Below, in pieces: positions 20,960 through 33,400 of a DNA stretch of 64,000 nt. The stretch lies in contig CT868096.1 in NCBI GenBank assembly GCA_000165425.1, positions 434,001 through 498,000 of the forward strand. Reading direction: 5' to 3'. Numbering within the stretch: position 1 is the first letter of the stretch; every line of letters begins with the position of its first letter. A model generated the notes under the pieces. It had not been told where the DNA came from. It saw only the letters and a list, made by a program, of their open reading frames with translations, and ran no database searches. The stretch comes from Paramecium tetraurelia (taxonomy: Eukaryota). A program made the position numbers and the translations under genes.

Positions 20960-22081
20960 TCAATCTCTATAAGTAACAATTGAGTAAGTTTATTATCTGC
21001 TTTTAGTCTTTGTTCTAGCATTTATAGAATGTGATCTCAATTTTGGTAGTTTTAACACATCTCTTTTTATGGTAGATTAATCTAATAGACTTTAGTTAGT
21101 TGGAGTTACTAATTAGGTCTTGTTTGTGTTTTGTATTAGTGTTTCATAGTTATTCTCCAAATCATATTATTATAAATAGCCAAACAACTGAATGTCATTC
21201 AATTTTATTATGTTTCTTAAACCCTTTAATTATTTATTTTAAGTTAACATTTATTCTGTCTATTTGGATTATTAGGATAATTATTTTTGAATAGTTTCCT
21301 TTTATTACACAGACTAGAAGCTCAATCTGACTCCAGGTTACAATTTAAAATCCTAAGCTTAAGATTCTATAAACTCAATTATTGTTTCTTCATTTTCTGC
21401 TTATCTTCGTTTCTATCGTATCTATTCCACTAATTTTGGTTTTGAAATCACAGCATTATTATCAGTCTATGGTACTTCAAATGGCAAGGTAGTTATTACG
21501 TCCTTTTTTGTTTAATTGTTAGATCTTGCAATAGGATCACAATTGTAATCGTAAGTGTATTCTTTTGATCCTATTTGCATTATCAATCTATTATATTACT
21601 CTTTCATCATCCGTTTCTCTTTCGATCGTTCTCTTATCATTTATTCCTTATTTGATTTTTCAATACATTTTTATTCCATTATTCTTCTTTCATTTGGATA
21701 TTCTTCAACAAATTCTATAGTTTTTTATCTAACCAATTAAGGTTCATAGTCTTCCCACAATTAAGTTGGTAACATAAATTTATGCTTAGGAGGTAATTCT
21801 ACTTTTGGTGTCATCCGAAGAGAAATCGGAGCTATGTCTTTAATATCATAAGCTCTAAATCTTTCCTTCTATGTACTATGAGCCTCAAAATCTTCCATCT
21901 CATTATAATTTTGAAAAAAAGGATCAAAACATTTCTAATGCATCATATTGAAAGACAAATTAGCTGCAAAAGAAGCACTTGATTGGGATTCTAAACTTTC
22001 AAAAATCTTATCCTCTACTCTTGTCATAATTTTGTTAATAATATAAGGCATGATGGTTTCAACTATTTCTAAATATTCCAT
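20960..22081 (-). CDS. Hypothetical protein (3' end approximate)
   Basis: Open frame MEYLEIVETIMPYIINKIMTRVEDKIFESLES... with a K/E/R-rich middle. Confidence 0.6.
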
Positions 22082-22194
22082 TAAAATATTTAAAAATGAA
22101 ATATTATTCAGAATTATCAAAAATTAACATGCTGAAAAAAGGACTATAATCATTAAAGCATAAAGTTTAATTATATTATTTTGAGTTTTATATT

Positions 22195-23270
22195 ATGAAT
22201 TAAAATGAAGATGACCTATTTTTTGATTTTTGTTTAACGAGTTAATAAATTACTTTGATAAAAATAATTAATCTAAGGCTTGATCGATAATGGATCTGAT
22301 TCGTGGGAACAATCCAAAGAATTTACAGGTGATATTTTATTACAATTGGGAGTTCTAAATGACAAGGCATTTACATCATTTAAATAATCTATGAGATTAA
22401 TAAATAGCCTCTATCATTTAAGATTTATACTCAGCCCTTTACCATAGAATAGATGACTAAGGGTGTAATTAAAAAAGATTATTCAAAAAATCCTCCTCTT
22501 AAGAAGCAAGATTTATTGTGCTTTCATTAAATAGCTTAGGATTAACATCATTAGGTGAATGCAGATCTATGGCTAAAGGATTATAAGTTCGTTATATTTA
22601 TGATAAATGTTTAAGAATATTGAATGCTCAAAATAACTAAATAAATTCATTTGAATTTGAATAATTGCTAAGTTTAAAAATCATACTTTGATAAAAATTG
22701 TCTATCAATTATGCCAAACTACCTTAGGTTGGATATTCTTTCGATCTCATATCAGAATACTTAAAATTTCAACTTCCCTATAATTGAGAAATATTAATAA
22801 AATACAAGAATTCTAGGAAAATGAAGATTCTATATACAATCTTCCAAACATAAAAGAAATAGGTTTGAGAGGTAATCTCATCACCCAAGTTTATAAATAC
22901 AGAGAACGAATAGTTTTATCATGCAAAACAATATGTAAATTTCCATTTTATTTTATAGAAACTATTGAAAGCTTGGCAGTATTGGCAAATGAAAGATAGT
23001 ATCTCATTAATTTAGGAAAATAAGAAAATTTCAAGAAAAAATCAAAGTTTAGAAGGAAAGAAATAGACAATTCTAAAACCATCAGTAAGTGGAGTAAAAC
23101 AAAAATTTTATATAATGAAGAAAAATGTTCTAATTTCAATAAGGTATATAAAACCATTGATTCTGCTAATTATTTAATGATACCACATTAAAAAGCTTAC
23201 TAAACATAAATGAAATCTAAAATATTACTTGTAATTCATAGATTTTCAATTTATTAATATCTATTATCTC
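22195..23270 (+). pseudogene. Leucine-rich repeat (SDS22-like, LRRcap) gene, apparently disrupted
   Basis: LRILNAQNNQINSF, LPNIKEIGLRGNLITQVYKYRERIV. In-frame TGA near 22689 and frame changes around 22690-22790. Confidence 0.55.
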
Positions 23271-23364
23271 TATTCGTAAAAAAATAAGTCTTTTAAATTG
23301 AGATGTTTATTTATATAGATAATATTTGAAATTCAATGAATAATTTTAAAACGTAAATATCAAC

Positions 23365-26300
23365 TCATAGCATCTAATATGTTATTTCATTAGGTTTCAA
23401 ATATTCACATACGTCCGCAACAATTAAATTTTAGAATGTAATATCCTAATCGTCATCAGGTGCAATTACCATTAAGTCAGGATAATCTTCTTTAAATTAT
23501 GTAATCATTCCTTCAATTTTTTGATTTAATTTCATAACTTTAACTTAAATCTTTTTATTTCTGATATAATAGAAAATTTGTCCTTATGTTTTCTTACAAG
23601 GGCAGCCATCTGGAAAAGAATCTCCGAAATTATGATATTATTTTCCATGTGGAGGTGCCTCTGCAATTAAGTATAACAAATTTTAATAATTACCATTCCA
23701 ATTCAACTCTAAAGAAGCATCCAGACCATCTAAAACAGCCTCAGGTTCATCATCACCTCCTTCTGCCGATAATGAATTCAAAAAACTAATGGCAAGGGAA
23801 TATGAAGTAAATTAACAAATATTCACAACATTTTACAACTCATCATATGGATTCTAATGATCCTTATATGATACAATTGCAAATTTCATCTCAATATTAT
23901 GATTTTCTTTTGTTTTTTGCATTATACTTTTGATGACTTCTTTACAGTTATCAATATATTATGACATTGATCCTGTTGTATCAATAACAAAAGCTATGTT
24001 AATTCCTTATATGAATTATACTTTGTGAGTTGATGAACATGGAAATTTATGGGAGGATATCTTGTTATCTTAACTATGCCAAGCTTATTGACAACAAAAT
24101 TGATATTCACCATTTATTTTTTTACATATTGGGCAGTAATAATTACATAGACCTATATTTTATGTTTCCTTTGGGATTGGATGGGCCCATCCTTTATAAT
24201 CCCAATAGTCTATACATAATACTTCATCAAAATTCAGATGTTAAAATCCTTCATATTTCTCCTTTGAGTGTCTAGCTCTAATACCTATTTATTTTTCTAG
24301 GCATTAACTTTCCCCTTTGCATTCAATCAAATGATAATGACTTTTTCCTCTTCTCCTACAACTCTGATCACAAGTTTCTGGAGTAGATTGCTCTCCAATT
24401 TAATACTGTCTAGCAACATTATTATTCTAATCCTATATTATTAATTTAAATTCCTCCCCCTATTTTATTGTAAATATCTAAAATTCTTTATTTATATGGA
24501 TTTGGGAAGAATGATGCCCAGAATGGCCATATTTCAAATCACAAATTTTATTACATTCAGGACATTTTTAATCACATAAATGAAATTATTTTTCTGTCTC
24601 TATCATGCAACTATGTATTTAATTATGATTAAGTTACTATGGTTTAATGTTTCTACAACATTTCTTTTTTTCGTTACTTTAAGGAATATATTTAATGTAA
24701 GAGAATCTTGATTACCACATAATTTCAACTTAAGTATATGTTATTTAGCATATTCCTTTCTCTTAACAAAATTCCTAACACTCATGCTAATCTCCGCAGA
24801 AGTGATTTTAATTTTAGGAATTACGATATTATGAATGTTCATGATTATTTTTACATCTCCTTTCACATAATACGCAATTCTAAATGCAATAACTTTCTTC
24901 GCATATATGGTTTTAATGTTTTGTTGTCCTATCTGTTTTGCATTTCTTACTACAATACTAACACGTTTCTCCACATAGATGAACATTAGTGCAGTTATGT
25001 TATTCAGTATGGTTTAATTCTAGATTGCATTTGACTTAACATTAAGTTATGCTGCATTTGATATTGCATTTATGATTTTTCAAGGAACACAAATGATACT
25101 ATGACTCATTATGACCAGCCTTATTTTCGCATTTCTTATTTGGACATACTTTGCAAATTTAATCGCATTTGTGGTCACTCAAACAAGAATGCACATGCGA
25201 ATTTAATTCTACTAATTCTAACAAATTATATTTTAAAGAGTCTAATTTTTCAGCACTTGTTTCTACTTTCTAGTAACATTCTAAAATCCTTTTTTTGTTT
25301 TGTTATTAAATTAAGAGGACTTATTTTTTTTCTTCCATTTTTTGATATTCCTGTTATAAATCCTTAAGCTTAAGATTTGTATAATTATCTCTCCCTTCCC
25401 AGCCTTTAAGTAAAGTTTCAAATTTTTACATTTCTTAATCTAAAACCTGTTTTTCTTTCAAATGCTACTCTAAATCTCTCAATTCTTTCAAATATTTGTC
25501 AATTTTTGTAATTTACTCTTATTTTTCTTATTCCTTATTAATTAAATTGTTTTCATATTCTTTCAAGCTATTTAATTCTTATTATTCCTTAAGCGATTGA
25601 TCTTTCAATGCAATCAAATTCTCTGATTAATCAATAGATGATTTTTTCAATTAATTTATCTAAGTCTCAAGGTTAATATGTTAGTTTACTTTAATTAACT
25701 TTTTTTCCTGTAAATAATTAAGCTTGGTTTATCTATCAACAATTATTTAAGATTCTGAGATTTCTTAATTTACAATTTCAATTTCCTGCGACAATCTTTT
25801 TATCTCATTCTCATAATAAGTAATTTCTGATTGGATTGACAATAAGAAATTATCTTTGATATTAAAACTTTCTACCTATTCTTCCTAACCAACTTATTTC
25901 TCCATACATTGCTCAAAAAGATTGATTTTGGAAAAATACAAGGCATCAATTTATTCCTTTAATTATAATTCTTCTTTATTACAATATTCAAGCTAATTCT
26001 CAATATTTTAGAATTGAGGCTATGACAATTCTTATCTAAGATCCTCGATCATAATTCTGTTTCTATATCTAGCCAATGATAATTCTTCTATTTCTTCATT
26101 CAACTCAGTAATTTTTGTTTTATTTTTATTTAAATAACTTTTCTTTTCCTTTATTTTTCTGAGGTTATCATATAGCTCTTTATTTTTATCCAACTTCTAT
26201 TAATATACTTACAAAAATAATTGTTAGGGCATGTTGGTATATTATTCCAATAATCTTTAATTTTCATTCTTACTTTATTAGAAAAATTTGATTCCCTCTC

Positions 26301-29300
26301 TAAGATCATGTAATTTTTCTTTTAGTTCTTTTATTTTATTATCATTTTGATTTTTTTCATTCTCTTTATAATAGCCGCCCAATTATAGAATTTCATTTTC
26401 GATTTTTATTATTTCTTCGCTTATTTTTGATTTCTCAGAATTTAAGCTTCCAATTTATTAGTTATTTTTATCAATTTAAATTTGTATTTGTAATTCAATT
26501 TAATTACATTAATATTTAAGATCTGAGTATTTCTACTGAACCTCTTCTTTCTCTTATATAATTTTAATAAGTTTATCACCTTATGTTTTCAACTCATTTT
26601 TAGTCTTCCTTTATTCATCATTTATAAATTTAATATCAAATGCAATTTGCATATTTTCATTTTCTGATTCTAAGTTCATGCCATTTTATTAAACTCTTTA
26701 AACGTTGAAAAAACTAAACTCTTAAACTATATTCATTAGCTATTCTTTCTATTCCTACATAGTAGCTAACTTAATTAAGTTTGAGAGAAGAAATAAATTA
26801 ATTCCAATTTCTTCAATTTTTTGCGAAATGGAAATTAAGCTATTTCTTTCCATCATCTCCTCTTTTTAATTTTGTATTGAAGAATTGTTTCTTTGCTATT
26901 CTAACATATCGATTTCATTTTCAAGTTTTTTTTTCAATGATTCAAAATGCTCTATGTGATTGTTGAAATATTTGCAAGGTAAAAAGCATTCATTGCATTT
27001 ATTTTAACAAAATTAATATCGATCAAATTAAATTTTAAAAAAGTCTTCAAGTTTGGAATTTTCCACTTCAATTTTAGCTTAAAGTTCCATACCATTGATA
27101 TTTTCTATTTCAGATTAAGTCTTTTAAATAATTTGTTTCTTTCTTTGCTCCATCAATTTCTTTAGCTAATTATTAGCTTCTAATAAGTTTGATTTATGAT
27201 CATTTATATTATCCTTTAACTAGAGATCATTATATAATGATTTCAAAAGTACATGGTTGTATTTTATGTAATCAAAATCATCCATCTCAAATTAATATTT
27301 TCTTTAATTCAACCTTAATTCTTCACCTTATTATTATTAATCTAAAGTAAATTTATACCACTGACTTTTGCTTTCTGAGTAAATTTATTCCAATCGGATT
27401 TCAAAATCTATTAGAGTTGCATCTTTGGTATCTGACAATTCTAGCTAACAAAGAACAACCTTTACCATAGATATTAATTCCTTACCATTTTTCCATCGAA
27501 TACATTCTATAGACTTCTACAAAAGGTAGGCTCTTATTTTCTTAAGTTAATGATCAAATAATTCTTTTTCATTATTAACTAATTATTCAACTGACATATA
27601 ATTACTAAACAATTCTTTCAAAAATGGAAAATCTCGTATTTGTTCGTTATCTAATGCGTTAAAAGAATTGACATCCCTAATGATCTTATATAGAAAACCC
27701 TTAAATAACCTTTCATCTTTTAGCTACTGTGATTCTTCAAATACATTATTAAAAAGTTCTTTTTAATGTCTATCAAAAGAAGTATCTGAGTTTAAAATTG
27801 TAGCATCACTAATCGCAATAATAAATGATAGCATTTTGACTTCTTCTTTTTCAGTTCTAGATCCATCAAATAAACCTTCACAGTCAAGTATTAAAAACTT
27901 TTAATTATCCACAATTGCTAAACTTCCCCAAACTCCATCAGTGCATCTGGCTGATGAAACAGAAAATCTTGTTCCAAATACTCTATTTAATAGGTAACTT
28001 TTGCCTGATGACTGCCTACCAATTATTCCGACAACAAAAATTTTTTTTTCTTCAACTAACAAATAATCCTCTAAAAACCCAAGATGTAATTATTTGACTC
28101 TACAATCTATACTTATACTCTTTTAATTTAGTGAAAATTATCTAAACCCATCATTTAAAGGAATTAGAGTTCCATATTCAATGGTACAAAACTATAAAGG
28201 AACTCTTGAAAATATAATATCAATTATTTAATTCCTATCACACTCAGAGTATTGACTGTCATTCATACTCAAATTAGTAAACTTCAAATCCAATTTCTTA
28301 AAATAATCCATCATTTTAAGCTATTCATTTTCTTTAACATATAAAGTAATATAGCTTAATTTATTTTGATACAAAAACTCAGCATTTGGTCCAAATTTAC
28401 TTTCTGAGCCTTTAACAATGTCCAATGCAGGATTGCCCAAAAGTTTACTTTTTTATTCTTGTCTTTGCTGAGATAAATTTGATTAAATTTTTAAGACATA
28501 TTTTTTTCCTTCATTTTAAAATTCATACATCTAATCAAAAATTATAACATCAGAAGAATCTGAAACAATTTTTACATGACCATTGATAGGTATTGTTTAC
28601 AGTTTTTTACCAGTAAGGTCATATCTATCGCAACAATGAAAATTAGCAAGGTAAAAGTATTTGCCACTTGGACAGGCTAATAATTATTTGTAATTTTATG
28701 TTGGATTAGTGCTGGGTGTGAATTCTGTTTAAGTAACCTCATTTCCTATTTCCTGTAAGCATTTAATAAGACGAAATTATTATTCTTTTTCAGATTATGT
28801 ATAGATTTTGTTATTTTTGGATAATACTATTAACTTTTTACAAGTGTAAATATATGCAACTTAATCTACTAAAAATGGATTACCTTAATTATCCAATTAA
28901 TAACAATAAAATTAATCATTTTATACTATGCCTCTTGAGGAAATTGTGATCTACTATACATATTTTTCTTTATGATTGAATATGAATAAGTGGTCAAGTG
29001 TAATAGTCGAAATAGTATACAGCTTGTTATATTTCCATTAGAGCTAATTATCTTATCACTATTGCTTTCTGGGCTTAAAATAATAAAAATAAGATATAAG
29101 CCATTTTTTAAGTATAAACTATAAAAATGGAAGATTTATTTTTAGTTTAAAATATCTCTTTAATATGATAATCTTATTTCCTATCTTATAAAAAACTACC
29201 ATCTAAATAATAATCATAAATTTCATCCAATTCAGGTTTAATATTGTCTATATTCTAAGACTTATTACGATAGCATCTGAAATTAATTTTCTTTACTGAA

Positions 29301-30415
29301 TACAATACTTATTGACATAATTCTTAATATAATTCGTCTATCTTTTTAATAAATTCCCCCTATATTTCCTTAAATTTTAAATTAATTATCTTTTTATGTT
29401 CATTAAAATATTTCTCATATTTTTTGTTATCTTAAGAGTTCTAGAATTTAAATGTTAATTGTTAATTTTCAATAAATTCAACCGACTAGAATATTGATGA
29501 CACAATCTCCTCTGCTATTGGCAATTTTGTGTCATCATAGTGGAATTTGCTATACCAGGGCTATAATTAATTACAGATTTTTTGGATTAGTTTTTTCCTT
29601 TGTTATTGTACTTCCTCATTTAATTATATTGATAGTTCGTTTATTAGAGTTCTAATTTTATCAGTTTAATGCTCCTTTTTCAAAATATTAATCAAAGGGA
29701 CTATACTATGATTATTTTTGCTGATGATTTGAATCAACAAAGTTTAAGTAAATGATTTAAAAGTGTTTTATAAGTCTTCAATTTTAATCTATTCTAACCT
29801 TTTTATTATGTAAATTTAAGGGATTATTGAATAAGATTTAATAATTTACCAATTTTTAATATCATTTTCAAGCCTAGAATACTAACATTAATATCTTTAA
29901 ATTTCTTATTTGTTCAATTCTTTAAAATCAAAATCTTATCGCACTAATTATTCCGAACTAAAAGGTATTGCATTTCCATTATACCAATTAGAGAATACTA
30001 ATTCATCTAAACATATAATTATATTGTCTGTAAAATCCTGTAAGATTCTAAATAATACAATTTCTATTGATTGTTCTTAAATAGGTATTTTTGTGAAAAA
30101 TGAATTTGATAGTATCAAGCAAAATAACAATAAATCTGAAAATTTAATTACAATGAGATTTCCTTTTTCTGATTAATACAATAATTCTGCTAAATCGATT
30201 ACTTTTTTAAAATCATTCTAAATTTTTCTTTCAATATTGCTTTAACATCCAAATATACCTTATATTCTTTGTTTTGATTAAGTATTTAATTCAATACACA
30301 TTTAATTAACATTATTAATATGAATATGTATTTTGTCAAGTTAAGAATTTAAAGCATGGTCAGTGACTATTGAATACAATAAAGTAATTTCAAATTCTCT
30401 ATTTTTTGGATTCAT
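23365..30415 (-). CDS. Giant protein: N-terminal region, VLIG/GBP/RHD3-like GTPase, coiled coil, Cys/His repeats, C-terminal vWA domain; one frame break at about 28996-29058
   Basis: G1 GRQSSGKS (about 27997-28020), G2 RCT, G3 DCEG, G4 IRD; repeated C..C..H..C units at 24200-25260; vWA IAFVIDTTGSM...GGDDEPEAVLDGL...IAEAPPHG. The G1 codon is in phase with the stop at 23365. Confidence 0.85.
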
Positions 30416-33400
30416 TATCCCTAAATTTTTAATTCAAATATTAAATTTTGTAGATAAATCATCAATTATATTATGATTTATAAAAATGATAGAAAATGAG
30501 AAACTAATAAAATATTAAGTTTTTTTTAAATTAAATAATTTAATAATACTGATTAACGACATAATTATAGAATACTTTGAATATTCATAATTATTACCCT
30601 TTATATTGAATTAATTAATCTGAATTTACAGATGAGAATGTAAAATGATACTTTTTACCCCAAATTCAAAAACTAGTTCATATATTTTCTATTGTATAGA
30701 TGAACAATCAAAAAAGTGTTATTCTTGTAAATGCCCGATTTATTAAGATTAATAATAACAATTAACTTGAAATTCAAGTTTTATTCATTTAAAGAAATCC
30801 AGATGTAGACTTAGAGTATGCCAAATGCAATTATGAAATAGTGCAATATTATTTAAATAGAAAAAAAGGTACTAATTAATTTTAATGGAATTAAATGTTA
30901 AAATTTGCTCATTTTATTCAAGTGTAAAGATAATCATGGCATAAATTGTAAAAATTGAATAAGATATTCCACCTGCTCTATCGGTGACATTATAAGAATG
31001 GAACAGCCTGATATCAAAGTTAAAATTTCTATATTTAAAATATCAGGTTGATTAATTGCATTTAGTTCCCTTCAAATTTCACACCTTAAATTTCTATTAT
31101 AATAATTGAGGTGCTCATCAATGTGTTGTGTTCTAAGTTGTCAAAAAATTAAAGATAAATTCAATCAACTTCATCTTCACTTCAACAAACAGAACCAGAT
31201 GATCCAATGTAAATAGTTTTATAGCAAATTAGAATTAAAATGCAACAACTATAGATAGATTAAAAGTGCTAATTGTAATGTATTTCTCTAATAAATGGCT
31301 TTTACTTTTAAAATATAGGAAATGATATTCAAATTTAAGTTAGTTTATATATATTATTATGACGAAAGAGTATGACTTTGGTAAATAATGAATAATAAAC
31401 TGATACCTTTCTAATTAATTACATAAAATCTCAATTTATAGATAACTTATTGAACTTTAATTTTTTCATTTCCTTTGCTTTTAATTAATCTAAATGTGTT
31501 TCTGTTTCAGAAGTATTCACAGATTTCTTTAATCTATCATTTCATTCATGTTAAATTTCAATACCGATTTTTGTCAGATATTAGAATTCTTATATTTATT
31601 CATTAGTTGTAGTCATTTTATTTCCAAATTTACTAATGTCTTTTAAGAATATATGTATTTCTCTCTATAAACTAAACTCAATTATTAATTACTTTTAATA
31701 AACCTAAAATTTCAACTATCACAAAGTACTTAAATATTAATGAGTTCTGGGTTGCCTATATAGAATTGAATTATTCTTTGTTATTTTTTTTGCTATGAGG
31801 TTTCTTGTTTTTCCAGTTATATATGGAATTCTAAATTGTCATTCAAAATTTTTGTTGTTTAATTCTAAAAAGATGAATCAATGTAATTAATCTTTTTTTT
31901 TTAAGATGTATGACTGATAGGATTATTTACAATTCTCGAATGTTAAAAATAGTTTTTGATATAGTATTCAGAGAATTAGATATATTTTAAATTATGTTAC
32001 AATTATTTATTGATTATTCATTCCTAATTTTTGGTAATGGGTTAAAGGAGATCAATTTCTGATTATTTCTTCATTACATTAAATATTTGTGAATATTTTT
32101 GATAAGAAGAATCCTTCTTCTAAGAAATTAAGACATTTTTAATTCTTATATTTATTTTCATTCAATTTGATAATATTTAAGTAATCATTTACTAAAAATA
32201 ATTTCAGATAAAATCAATACAAGATTGGTTTATATTTTAGGTTTTTAATTATAATGTTCAAATTGAATTTCCTATTTCAATTTTAATGAAATTTGCATTA
32301 GCTTGTTTGATAGTTTCTTGCTTTCTTATAAAAAATATATTTGTTAGAAATTAGACTTAAATTATTTGTTGAATATTGTGATTGTAAATTGATAGGACTG
32401 TATATCAACTGCTTTATATTATGAAGTTTCCTCTTCACAGGAAGAATTTTTGAATCCAAATTCGAATTTGTAACTATATAATTATAATTGTGTAGTGAAA
32501 TTAAATATGTTCTTTTTTACAATATTCCTATGAAATCCTAGGATAAATGAATTATATCAAGTCAATACATTGCCATATTATTTTTACTCATTATATTTAA
32601 TAAATATTAAATTATGATGCTAATTTAAAATTGCTTATGATTTTGGCTTTTAGAAGGCAAATAATTAATCTTGATGGGCAAATTCAATTAATAAATCCAT
32701 ATATTCAACTGATGTGTTAGATTAAATTTATATATTAGCTTTTACGCATATTTTATTAATTGTAAAACATTTAATAGTTTTATTTTCTACTTCCAATAGT
32801 TAAGGATAGATCTAAAGGCTAAATCAGTTTTCCATTATTTGAAATAAGAATGGCAAAATATTTATAAGTAGAAACGATAGGAAATATAACAAGTTTTGAA
32901 GTCCTATTATTTTATGATGATGAATAAGAAATAATCTACTTTAAGTTTATAAACCTAAAGTTCATTTTTAGGTGAAATTTTAAAAAGTAATTAGAGACAG
33001 ACATTTGTATTGTTGTTCTTTTTCAGTCATTATATCATTTGAAAATTGGAAACTTTGATAATTAAATTTGAAAGAATTTCATAATTTACTTAAAAATTCT
33101 TCCAAATATATATATTTATTAAAATTAGCAGGAGAGAGGGGATAAATCATGTTTAATTGTAATAGGTCTAAATTTATCATTTGTTGGAATTTAAGGATGA
33201 ACATTGCTTGAATTCAAAATTCTTCCCCTACAGCATAGTTAGTTTGTTATAATTGTAGAGTCTGTTCAAATATCTAAAAATCAGGAAGTGTTTTTTTTAA
33301 CAATCTCTTATAAAAATGTCATCTTTAGAAATGGCCCTAATGATGACATTTTTATTAAAGTTCCATTAAATCAATCAAGGATTAAGGTTAAAGTGAAGTT

